A DNA stretch of 63,187 bases, counting the filler, from Octopus bimaculoides (lineage: Eukaryota): the NCBI RefSeq assembly GCF_001194135.2. It is 7 parts of 7 records of this genome, joined end to end, with 100 filler letters (N's around TTAATTAATTAA, not from the genome) between each part and the next. Parts side by side here need not be neighbours in the genome. Positions count along the whole stretch, not along the records: positions 1 to 27,978 come from NC_068986.1; 6 more parts are not named here. One strand, given 5' to 3'. Positions 1-11,900 of this stretch are shown piece after piece; position 1 is the stretch's first letter, and every line of letters begins with the position of its first letter. Made by a program: the position numbers and the translations under genes. The notes under the pieces were generated by a model that had not been told where the DNA came from, did no database searches, and worked only from the letters and a program-made list of their open reading frames with translations.

Positions 1-188
1 ACCCCCACCCCCGCCCCCCTCTGCTCCATTCTTATTGTCTCAATCACCACTGGTTCCTACCACTGTTTCCAGACATTCTTCTCAATGCAAATTCTTTTTC
101 CTCTGTCGCCACCATCACCACTTACCCCCACCCCCTCCTTACCATCACCAACCATCATCACTTGTCCATTTCCATCACTCCAATCCAC

Positions 189-293
<105 letters not shown>

Positions 294-679
294 CAATTTT
301 TCTCTGCATGTATTTATCAGTGGGTGTGTGTATCTGTGTGTATGTGTTTGTCTTTATATCACCCTGTGTGTGTGTATGTGTGTGTATTACTGAAGATTAC
401 TCTTGTATATTTTAATAGAAATTTTGTTCATTTATTTATTTATTTATTTATCTGAATTTTTTTTTTAATTTTATTTATTATCATTATTTCTGTTTTGTAT
501 TTGTCTTTGAGAGACCATTTCTTGTTTAGAGATTTTTATAGTTTATAGCTGCTGCTATCCAGTTACAGAAGATTGGGTGAGATGTGGTGTGATTGCAAAC
601 TACACAATGAAGCAAATAAATAATAAATCAATTAGTATGACTTAGGTGGTTTTTTTTTAAAATTGTATTTATGCATTTA

Positions 680-717
<38 letters not shown>

Positions 718-1511
718 TGTTTTACTGATGCTGGTATTTAGATTATTGAACTTTTGTTTGTACTTAAGCTAATTTCTTTATGTCTTGTTGACTATAAAAG
801 AAGTGAAGATTCAGTCATGTCTTTTTTTATTTTGTGTGTGTGTGTGTGTGTGTGTGTAGCTATAGCTTTCTTGGTTTATTCTTTATTTATTTTCTATTCC
901 TCTTCTGATTTTCTTTTCAATTTTCAAAACAACTTTGGTTTTATCAAGTGTTGTTGTTGTGTTTTTGTTTTATATTTTATTATTAGTATTATTTTTTTTT
1001 TTTTTCCCTGTTATCTTATTTCTCTGCTATAATTTGTTAAAACAATTCTATTATTCTAAGTGATTGATATTGTAATTCATTTGTGTTTGTTCGTTGTTCC
1101 TCCTTAGTTGAAACCGCTCTGTAAATCTTGTCTATTTAGCTTTCTTCAGTTATTCAATACTCCTCTTTAATGAATTAATGCTCATTCTACCATTATTTGA
1201 AAATCCATTGTTTCTAAAGTTCAGAATATAAAGATTTTTCCATCTGTCTGCATGCCAAACTGCCTTCCTGTCTGTTTGTCAGTATCACTCCTTTTCTTTT
1301 ACCCCCCCCCCACACATACACAATTTCATATCTAGCTAGCCCCACTCTATTTTCATTGTTGTTGTTTTTATTATTTTTATTTTTATCTCTACTTCACTTC
1401 TTTGGCTATATCAGTATAAACTGACATTATTTTCAAAATACAAGCTTCAGTGTAAATTTCTGCAACAGTGTTTCTCAATGTTGGACAATTCTTCTTCCCA
1501 ACAATACTCAC

Positions 1512-1607
1512 TTCACTGGGAAATAACAATTCACAGTTCATGGGGTATGAGACAAAATGTGTACAATTCTTTTGTTTGGAACATGCGAAGAATAAATTGA
1601 AACTTGA
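1512..1607 (-). CDS. Candidate orphan Cys-rich exon
   Basis: Acceptor tgtccttcttatag|, donor GAA|GTGAGT, 96 nt, phase 0-0, only one frame open: SSFNLFFACSKQKNCTHFVSYPMNCELLFPSE. The + strand also carries an 87-aa ORF here, so the strand is uncertain. Confidence 0.3.
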
Positions 1608-2014
1608 CTATAAGAAGGACATTTTGTCCAAACAGCCTCAAGAACTTCTCATTCAGTTTGCTCATCCTTATAATAAGAATAATGATTTATTTCATAGACA
1701 CAAGGCCTCAAATTTGGGAGTAGGGATGTAGTCAATTATTTTTATCCTCATTCATTCATCATCATCATCATCATCATCATGTTAACATTCACTTTTCTAT
1801 TCTTGCATGGGTTAGATGGAATTTTTGAGGCTGGGCTTTGTATTACCGGTTACCTTTCCTGTTTCCATTCTTCATTTGTTTTTCAAGCAAGGTAAATATT
1901 TCCTTGTAACCAGACAGGTTTTCATGGAAGATTTGAAATGAATGACACTGCCTGTATGACAATGTCACTCATTTACAACTACCATGTAATGTTGAGAGCA
2001 GAAGGCATAAACGT

Positions 2015-2053
<39 letters not shown>

Positions 2054-2238
2054 TGGATGCGCACACATGAGCGGCTTAGAAGGCACTTGCCCAAAGTGCT
2101 GTACAGTGGGACAAAACTTGAAACCCCATGGTTTGGGAACTCAACTTTTTAACCATGCATATCAAACTATATATGGAAGGATGAAAAGAAAGTTGATTGT
2201 CGTAGGATTTGAGCTCAGGACATAAGGGAATGTAACTT

Positions 2239-2354
2239 GGAGTGGCTGTGTGGTAAGAAGCTAGCTTTCCAACTGCATGGTTCCTGGTTCAGTCCCTTGA
2301 GCCAACCAAAGCCTTGTGAGTGGATTTGGTAGACAGAAACTGAAAGAAGCCTGT

Positions 2355-2396
<42 letters not shown>

Positions 2397-2634
2397 CACA
2401 TATATGCATTTCTATGTGTGTGTTTGTGTTTGCCCTGCCTCCCGCTTGAGAACCCATGTTGGTATGTTTATGTCCCTGTAACTTAGCAGTTCAGATAAAG
2501 AGATCTATAAAATAAGTTCTGGGCTTAAAGAATAAAAAGTACTGGGGGTGATTTATTTGAGTAAAATTCATTGGGGCACTGCTCCAGCATGGCCGCAGTT
2601 TAATGACTGAAACAAGTAAAAGAACAAAAGAATA
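2239..2634 (+). mobile_element. SINE family A (tRNA-derived head, internal microsatellite, gtaaaaga tail)
   Basis: gtggctgtgtggtaag (A box), ggttcagtccc (B box), ccttgtgagtggatttggtagac, (TG/TA)n, then cagcatggccgcag..gactgaaacaagtaaaaga. At least 12 related copies occur in the window. Confidence 0.85.
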
Positions 2635-3899
2635 TTGTACTCTAATAATCCTGTTAATCCACTAAATAATAGTTTTATCATCCCTATTTCAAAGTGTCTT
2701 TGAGTTGGATGAGGATTGAAAATGAGACAGTTCTTGTGGACTGACATGCTGCAGGCTTTTGTATTTGCTCTTTGAATATCCTTATTTAGAAACTGCGTAA
2801 GATTGTATTGCAGCACCATCACATGATTCTAGAACTGAGCCACAATTTCACTGTAGTAAACAACATGGTGCTTACAAAGGAAATGCACTTGCTAAACATA
2901 TAATTCTTCAACATTTAATACATATATGCAGTCAGGCTAGACTTGCATTGAACTGTTTATTTTGATTCTTATGTTGTCTTTATTATTATTATTATTATTA
3001 TTATTATAATTTTTTTTTTTTTGTTTTAAATATTTTTGTCATTAATTCTATCCTTAACAATTTCCTCCTTTGTATGCGTAAACAACAAACAGTTACAATC
3101 ACCTCTTGAACCAACTTCAGCTTGTGTACAAGGAATTTTACTTACATATGCCATATGCACAAGTATGAAGACATCCGTGTGCAAAAACATGCATCAATGT
3201 ATTTATAACTGTTATTTTGCTCCATCAATCAGAAAGTGATTCATAATGGGAAACGATAAACAAATATAATGGCAGGTAGAAGATTTCTCTATTTACCTGA
3301 AGAACAATACGAAATAGTAGTAATAAGAAGGCAGGTAATAACAACAAGAGAAATACAAAACAAGGAGAAGAAAAGTAATAATAATGAAAGTAACAACAGC
3401 ATTGATAATGATAATAATAATAATAATAATAATCATCATCTGTGTTGTTAGTGTTATACAATTGTGAGGTATTTTGTATTCGTGTTCAGTGAAGGTGTTT
3501 TCACAGTGCAGTTATGATGAGGTAATAAGCAAAACATATTAGGGAGATTTCAACAAAGATGTTGGCAACATATTGGTAAGGTTTCTGTAGTTATTTGTGA
3601 TTGGTCAACCTTAATTAAAAAGTAGCTTCAGTTGAGATAACTTATAATATCAAATTTGACATCGTCATCATTAGCATCATTTTTATGTTCACTTTCACTG
3701 TTGGCATGAGTTAGGTGAGTCCTCATGATTCAAATCAGTTCTGATTGGGTTACAGCCTTCATAGGTACGGTCAGAGAATCATGCTTTATTTGTCTCTTTC
3801 ATTTTGGCATGGTTTCTACTGCTGGATGTCCTTCTTACCACCAGCTACTTTATAGAGAGTTCTGGGTGCACTTTTACAAGTCACAAGCTCTAGAGAGGT

Positions 3900-4130
3900 C
3901 ATGCCCTCAACAAAGACATGACTAAAGGGTCTACTTGGTTCTAAGTAAAAGATGGTTATAGCACCTTAACTTTCTCAAGCACTCAACCATTTAAGCACTA
4001 TAGGTTTGACTTTTATTTAAATCATGCCCTCAACAAAACAAGACTAACAGGTCTTCTTGACCTGATGTAAAAGATGCTCACAGCATTAAGATTTCTCAAG
4101 CACTTAGTAGACTTGACATTACTTGACTCC
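3900..4130. repeat. Diverged tandem duplication, period 122 bp
   Basis: tcatgccctcaacaaa at 3900 and 4022, each followed by gactaa..ggtct..gtaaaagatg..ttctcaagcact. Confidence 0.75.
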
Positions 4131-5858
4131 AATGATCAAGTGAGAATTGATGTTTTGAATGTGATATGGCCATAAATTAATTGAGCTAACAGGACTGGAA
4201 ATGATTTGGCACAATATTGTCTCAATAATACCCAGTATATATTGTTATATGATTGCTTATGTGTATGTGTCTGAGGGTGTGCTTATGTGTATGTGTCTGA
4301 GGGTGTGGTTTGTTGAGAAGACTGAGTTTGGAATGGGAATAATGGGAACGATGTGTTAGCAGATTTAAGTTATTTATCCTGTATTGAAGCAATTGTGGTC
4401 TAGTGATTAACCAATTGTCATTTGCCAATCACCACAGAAAGTAAATATAGCACTGTAATATCATATCTTGTAGGGCATTGAGATAGAATAGAACTAAGTG
4501 TTTTCAAGTCATACCACCAAACCGATTTGTCTTTGACACTCCTGAGGATAGAGTTCTGGCTTAATCAACATCTCTTCTCCATAGGTGTGTTGGGATGGGA
4601 AATATTTTTGTCGAAACTGAATTCTGCCGTAGAAGTTACTGTTTATAGCCATCTAGTTAAAATAAACTGATGAATTAAAGATCAACTGATAACTGTTGTA
4701 CATAATTGGTGTTGCTTTCCATATTATAATAATGAAGGTTGGCAGTGCTCCTTTTTATTGTTTTGTTTTTGTTTCTCCACCTTTTGTCTTTCTTTTATAG
4801 TTTTTAAAAAAAATATTTATACATATTTTTTTTCTCTTAGTCTCTTTTCTTGTCCTTCTTCCATATTGATTTACAGAATTGTCTCCTGCAATTATTTTTC
4901 ATTGTTTTTATTTCTATTATTTATCTTCTTTCGGTTTTTAATTTTTGCATTGAAGTTATTGTCTCTCTCTCTCTCTCTTCCTTCCACCCCCTCCTTCCTT
5001 CCCCACCTCTCTCTTTCTCATTCTCTGTCTCTTTCTCTCTCTCTCTCTCTCATTACATTATTTAAAATGTAATTTATTTTAGCGAATGTGAATTTAGTTA
5101 CTGTTGCAGTTGCTGTAAGTAGCTCAATGGTTAAAAGTGTTGGCCTTATAAACTTGATAACAAAAAGTCAATTGAAGTTTTGCATTGGCAACAATTGATC
5201 CAAAGATGGGTGCATAAGAATATCAATAAGTGAAATGCTTGGTGTTTCAGGTTCTTATTGTCTGAAAGAGGCTTCATAAAGAAGAATGTGTCGATGGACT
5301 GGCTACAGTTGCTGCCCTACAGCTAGGACACTAATTTTATTTCATGAATCCTGGGTCTCATAATGCTGGAGCTGAACTCAGTTCCATCATGACTGAGATT
5401 ACAGTACTCCACCCTGAATGAGATGTTAGGCCATTGCAGGGTTAACTTCTCAGCTATTGCTGGAATTCATTTACAGCTGAGCAGACTGAAGCCACAGGAA
5501 ATGAAGTGTTTTGCTCAAAAAGACAACATGCTATCCGGTCTAGGAATCAAAACCATGATTTTACAATTGTGAGTGCAACACCCTAAACACTAAGCCTTCA
5601 CCAAGTTAACAACACTGTTGTCTTCGACTTCTCTCCACTGGAGTCCAAAAATGTAATATGTTAGAAATGGTTGTGTAGATACTGAGGTCTCTGCTTTATT
5701 ACCATGTGGTTTCAAGTTCTCTCTTATTGAGTGAGACTTCAGGCATCTTCTTTTGTAGCCTTAAGCCAACCTATGCTTTTTAGATGAAACTAGAAGATGA
5801 AAACTAAGGAAATCGATGCTGTATGTGTGTATGTATATATATGTGTATGTGTGTGTGT

Positions 5859-6165
5859 GAAGGCACGTGGCTTAGTAGTTAGGGCATTTGGCTCACGATC
5901 ATAAGGTTGTGAGTTCAATTCTTGGTGACCTGCTGTGTCCTTGAGTAAGGCACTTTAATTCATGTTGCTCCGGTCCTCTCAGCTGGCAAAAATGAGTAGG
6001 GCCAGCCTTGTCACACTCTGTATTACACTGAATCTCCCTGAGAACTACATTAGGGGTACACATGTCTGTGGAGTGCTCAGCCACTTATACATTGATTTCA
6101 CGAGTAAGCTGTTCCATTGATTGTATTAGCTGGGACCCTCCTTGTCATAACCAACGGGGTGCTCC
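5859..6165 (+). mobile_element. SINE family D (different head, same 3' domain as C)
   Basis: gaaggcacgtggcttagtagttagggc..gtgagttcaattc head followed by the shared domain. Confidence 0.8.
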
Positions 6166-6169
6166 TCCC

Positions 6170-6204
<35 letters not shown>

Positions 6205-6299
6205 TCAAAGGAGCAGGTCTGTTCTCAGCATGTTCCTGTAGGATAGAGATTGACAGTTAACAGGGAACAGATACTTTTCCTGGGTAGTCAAGGTAATCT

Positions 6300-6494
6300 G
6301 CCTTGACTGGCTTCCATGCCAGTGGCACGTAAAAAGCACCCACTACACTCTCAGAGAGGTTGGCGTTAGGAAGGGCATCCAGCTGTAGAAACACTGCCAG
6401 ATCAGACTGGAGCCTGGTGCAGCCTCCTGGCTTCCCAGAGCCCAGTTGAACCGTCCAACCCATGCCAGGATGGGAAACGGACGTTAAGCAATGG

Positions 6495-6522
<28 letters not shown>
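6300..6522 (+). mobile_element. SINE family F 3' part ending in (GAT)n. Other copies: +9590-10050, +19480-19672, +21295-21480, -1765-1995, -3670-3870, -17240-17318
   Basis: ggttggcgttaggaagggcatccagctgtagaaac...ccaacccatgcca.gatgg.aaacggacgttaa.(gat)n, an RTE-type 3' tail as seen on RTE-dependent SINEs. Confidence 0.8.
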
Positions 6523-6525
<3 letters not shown>

Positions 6526-7119
6526 TATATCAACCCCTTTCAGGAGGCCTTTGTTCGTATTTTGTTGTCTCTTATTATTTTTCCTTATGCAGTTTCATGT
6601 CAACTGCNNNNNNNNNNNNNNNNNNNNNNNNNNNNNNNNNNNNNNNNNNNNNNNNNNNNNNNNNNNNNNNNNNNNNNNNNNNNNNNNNNNNNNNNNNNNN
6701 NNNNNNNNNNNNNNNNNNNNNNNNNNNNNNNNNNNNNNNNNNNNNNNNNNNNNNNNNNNNNNNNNNNNNNNNNNNNNNNNNNNNNNNNNNNNNNNNNNNN
6801 NNNNNNNNNNNNNNNNNNNNNNNNNNNNNNNNNNNNNNNNNNNNNNNNNNNNNNNNNNNNNNNNNNNNNNNNNNNNNNNNNNNNNNNNNNNNNTATATAT
6901 ATATATATATATATGGCTGTTGAGAAAAGAATAGCCATTCTCATTATTGTCACGATTGCTTTCAGCCTATCATTATCTGGGTATCCTATGTATCACTGTC
7001 AGTTATTTGAAATGGATTTTTAAAGAACTGTTAGCAATGCATCTATCTCTGTATATTTTATCTGGCAACAATACCTGTATATGTAGATATAAATGCTTGT
7101 CTATTTCTAGTGTGATGGA

Positions 7120-7158
<39 letters not shown>

Positions 7159-7543
7159 GCATAGCATTTACTTCTCAGTGGGTGAGTGTAAACATTGGAT
7201 AGGTATACAGAGATGTGCATTCATGTGTATAAGCAGTATAGGGTGTGTGTGTGTGTGTGTGTGTATATAATCTATTGCTAAGTGTTTAGTTGTATTATAA
7301 TTTTCATTTTGTTAGAGAGATATGGTGCATCTCTCTCTCTCTCTCTCTCACAGATGTTAACTGAAATAAAATTCCTTTTGTCTTTCTGGAAACTACCATT
7401 ACTTATTATTATTATTATTATTATTATTATTTCCACATAATGGAAAGTTCTTATGTTCTCTATCCAGTAAGTAAGTTATATTGTTCCATAATTATAGCTT
7501 GGTATTCTACACTCAGTGATCTACTTTTGTTTGTGTGTGTATG

Positions 7544-7596
<53 letters not shown>

Positions 7597-7657
7597 AACA
7601 CATGTTTGCGTTTCTGCATTTGTGAATTTGTAATGTATGTGTTTCTCACTCATGTTA

Positions 7658-7724
<67 letters not shown>

Positions 7725-8128
7725 NNNNNNNNNNNNNNNNNNNNNNNNNNNNNNNNNNNNNNNAAAAAAAAAAAAAACATCTACAAAACTATTGGCAAAA
7801 TATTAAATTCCCTATGAAACATTCCATTATCAATGCCATCATCACCACCACCACCGCTTTTATATTTGTATTCCTTCCCTCATTTCCTCCCTCCTTCCCT
7901 TTTCTCTCTCTCTCTAACTGTCTGTCTCTCTCTCTCTCTCTAACTGTCTGTCTCTCTCTCTCTCTAACTGTCTGTCTCTCTCTCTCTCTAACTGTCTGTC
8001 TCTCTCTCGCTTCTCTCTTTCCGCCCTTCTTTCATTTGCTCATTCAGTTATTCATTTATTTAGTTGCTGTTTTATGGCTTATTAATTGATGTTTAGCTAA
8101 CACCGTCTAATTAGGATTTTGTTTGTAG

Positions 8129-8269
8129 TGTTGTTAGAACTCTGACGAGGTTTCCAGTGTGCATTGTTCCTGACTGGCAGCAATGCTTGGAATTCTTGCC
8201 TGTCAATGCCATTAAGAAACCAGCAAGGATTCTTGAACTGCAATGGAATCAGATTTGCCGTTGCTTCGT
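8129..8269. CDS. Candidate exon of uncertain strand (codon-aligned ORFs on both strands)
   Basis: Plus: tttgtag|...|gtaaat, 141 nt, phase 2-2, VVRTLTRFPVCIVPDWQQCLEFLPVNAIKKPARILELQWNQICRCF. Minus: acceptor tatgtattttag| then TYLHEATANLIPLQFKNPCWFLNG... This is a non-repetitive island among microsatellites. No family recognised. Confidence 0.25.
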
Positions 8270-8489
8270 GTAAATAGGTACTAAAATACATAAATAATTA
8301 CCGCTACTGACAATCATCATCATCATCATCATCGTCATTGTCATCATTATCATTATTAGCACTAACTATGCAGGTATTTATTTCCATTTATTTTCCCCTG
8401 GCAAATGTGGGTTAGATGAATCTGCAAGATTACTTTGTCTCCCTACCCCACATCTGCTGTCTGTCTTTTTGTATCTCCTCTCTCTCTCT

Positions 8490-8576
<87 letters not shown>

Positions 8577-8973
8577 CATATATATATATATATATAAACA
8601 ATATATGAGTATATGCATATATATGTACATGTATGTATATACGTTCATCTACATGTACATATAGATACATAACTGGGTACATGACGTGGCAAAAGAACAA
8701 GGACAAAATGGTAAACAAGGTGCAACAAACAAGCAGGCCACATAGAAACATCCCCTTCATCAGCTGCCACCATTAAAACTCCGGCGTTTCGAAGAATTAA
8801 GGCAGTACGCATCGTTAAAATGGTTCTTCCCACGAACACAAATTAAATTGTTTTCGTGGAGGGTAGTGGCGGACGGAAAACAAGACAGGAAAACGAAACG
8901 GTGAAATAAACAAACAAAAAGGCTGTACAGCCAGACGTGAAGTGTGTATGTCTTGAACGCTATATATATCATA

Positions 8974-9240
8974 GGTGCAAGAGCGGCTGTGTGGTAAGTA
9001 GCATGCTTACCAACCACATGGTTCCGGGTTCAGTCCCACTGGTAGGTGGAAAATGAAAGAAGCCCGTTATATATATGCACATACATAGTGGGCTTCTATA
9101 TAGTCTCTATCTGCCAAGTTTCATTTTCAAGATATTGGTCATCCTGAGACTATAGTAAAGACAATTGCTTCAAGTGCTGGAGAATGGGATCAAATCCAGA
9201 ATCATGTAGTAGTGAAGTATACTTCTCAAAACCACATGTG
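8974..9240. mobile_element. Two family-A SINE 5' halves in inverted orientation (+8974-9068, -9085-9240)
   Basis: gagcggctgtgtggtaag...gaaagaagcccg followed by gggcttct...ctatagtaaagac..cttctcaaaaccacatg. Confidence 0.65.
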
Positions 9241-11371
9241 TGTGCATGTATGTATATATATATTATATGTATGTATATGTATATATTCATTTAATGTTTT
9301 ATATCCGTTTTCCATGGTTGGGATGGTATTTTTGTAAGAGCCTTTTTTGTCTTTCTCCTGTTAAGCTCCCAGCTCTTCAAATCAGAGTCTAACCTTATTT
9401 TCATTTGTCAGGCAAGTAAGAATTATGTACCCCCTATAGGGGGCACCATAGAAAGGACGCAGTATGATTTGAACTTAAGATAAAAAGTGGTCTGACAACT
9501 ATTGTGCTTACATGACAATGTTTGTGTGTGTACATGTATTTATAATATATAGCATGTGTTTATATAATTAATAGAGGCAATGACTAGTGACTGTGACATT
9601 TGGTAATATGCTGTGCCTGAGAAGACTTGTCAAGCCAAGTGAAATTATAATTGTGGCTGATGCTGGTGTCACGTAAGTGGCACCCATGCTGTTGGCACAC
9701 AAAAGCTCCTTTCAAGTATTTGGCCTCATGGAGGTAAAATGGCTGAGCTCCTTTTGGGTGTTGGGCCTCACAGAGGCAATGACCAAGATCTTTGGCATTA
9801 TGTTGTGCTTGAGAAGACCCACCAAGCTGAGCAAAATTGCAGTCGTGGCAGATACTGATGTCATGCAAATGGCATGTAAAGGCACCCATAACACTCTCGG
9901 GGTGGTTGGTGTTAGGAAGAGCATCCAGCCATAGAGGCCATGCCAAATCAGACTGGAATCTGGTGCAGCCTTGCAGCTTGCCAGCCCTGGTCAAACTGTC
10001 CAACCCATGCCAGCATGGACAACAGACATTAAATGATGATGATGATGATTTTTATTTATTATACACTCATATCTAAAAACACAGTTTGCAGTGATTAACT
10101 GGTAATTTTTGTTGCAAGCCAAGAAACTAACTATATCCCATCCTATCCTAGAGTTTAAATTTTTACTTGGAACCACATAATTCACTTACTTAATACATGC
10201 CATTAATAAAGGTATATTTAGTGTCACACCTCCCCACCTATGTGGTTATGTAATAAATCTTTACATGCACCCACATGCATACACATGCACACGCACACAT
10301 CCAAACATATACATACTCTCTCTCTCCCTCTCTCTTATACGCATACATGTGTACCACCATCAGTTTCACTAGATCAAAATGAATAGTCTGAAAGCTGAAT
10401 TTATATATATTTGTCTGTTATAAGGGAATGTAATGTAAATTAGCCGGATAACTCAGCCTGTAGTCAGTAAATTCTGAAGCAATTAACCTGCCGTGGCTTT
10501 GATTTTGTTTTGAAAGCTTTTAAAACTGAAGAATTACTGTTTGGCAATGATTTACTCTTCAAATGTCATTTCTATCTCCTCCTCCTCCTCTCCTCTCTCT
10601 CATTCACTCTTTCTCTCTTCTCCCATTCTGTCTTTTACTACTTTCCCCCTCTCTCTCCCTCTCTATATCTCTTATTTATTTTCATCTTGTCATGTGAAAT
10701 TCTGCTAAAATGTGTTTCCCTGGGGAATTATTCTTAAAAATTGGAAAGTAATTTTATATTACTTATGATTTCTCTTTTGAAATCTTGCCCACAAACCAAG
10801 ATACACTTATTTCGTTGGTCCATCGTTGTCGGTCGGTTGTTGGCATGTTTTCCTTAATCTTCGTTGGCATTAATTTGTTATGACAGATGGTGAATAGGTT
10901 CTCGTTTATCAATTTGGCTTAGGAAAGCACCATTACAGGTTCTCTGTTACACGACAGGTAGTGCGTACTGTTTACACAGAGCACTTATATCGCCAACATG
11001 TTTACTTAGAAAAATATGTCTAATATTTGATTCATAGCAATTTTCTTAAGATTAAGTAACGTGAGTGTATCACATCACTGCCGCTGCCACCACTACCAAT
11101 CTGCCTCCTACCACCACTCTTTCCATTGCCTTCATGCAAGCCATCATGCTTGAGATGCTTTATATAAATTTTGGTCAGATTTAGCCTTGGCCAGGTCTAA
11201 TGACACTACCTTTATCATCATCTTTGTCATCACCATCATCATAATCATTTTAATACTCTGCATTATCCCTGTTATTTACTACAGTTATTACCACCACCAT
11301 CATTATTAGTGATTATTACGTTGTTGCTATTGTAGTTGTTGTTCTTGTTGTTATTATTATTATTATTATTT

Positions 11372-11550
11372 TATGTTTGACTTTTGTTTTGCATTTGTAC
11401 AAGTTGGATCCAAGTCTCACCCAGAGACCTCAAGAGACAACAAGTTAGAAGTTCATGTAGGTGTTATGCCTAGGGTACCATATATTTGGATTTGTACATA
11501 GTGTTATAGAGAATGTTTAAGAAACCATAAGAAAATTATGTGTTTGCTTT
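11372..11550 (-). mobile_element. 3' end/UTR of a non-LTR element abutting (AAT)n(AAC)n
   Basis: About 65 bp is nearly identical to 34027-34093 in the opposite orientation, and both copies end at the same base next to (AAT)n. Confidence 0.6.
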
Positions 11551-11589
11551 AAAATTTGAGATCACATAGACAGTATTTTACGTAGGATA

Positions 11590-11625
<36 letters not shown>

Positions 11626-11804
11626 GGCAGCAAGTTGGTAGAACGTATAGCTTAGCAGCATTTCTTTTGGTTCTTTGCATTCTGAGTTCAAATACTGTTG
11701 AGGTTGATTTTTGCCTGTCATCTTTCCAGGGTAGATTAAATAAATAAATATCATCATCATCATCATTACATGCTGTATTAGTTAACAGGGATGTTGTCTT
11801 GAGG

Positions 11805-11900
11805 TTTGGTGACAAGTTTCTAGAATCTTTCTAAGGATTCTTGATAATACAAGATTGATTGCACATTTGTGTAATATAGGATTGATGGTAATGATGTTTA
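11805..11900 (-). mobile_element. C-terminal relic of a restriction-like-endonuclease LINE (R4/Dong-like)
   Basis: ILHKCAINLVLSRILRKILET resembles the QKxxxLGTARILRKVL terminus of REL-type LINEs. Confidence 0.35.

Noticed and set aside
9800-9825. ttgtgcttga resembling the 5' end of miR-218, which is hosted in vertebrate slit introns
   Set aside because: The match stops after 10 nt, lies inside a SINE and has no precursor hairpin.
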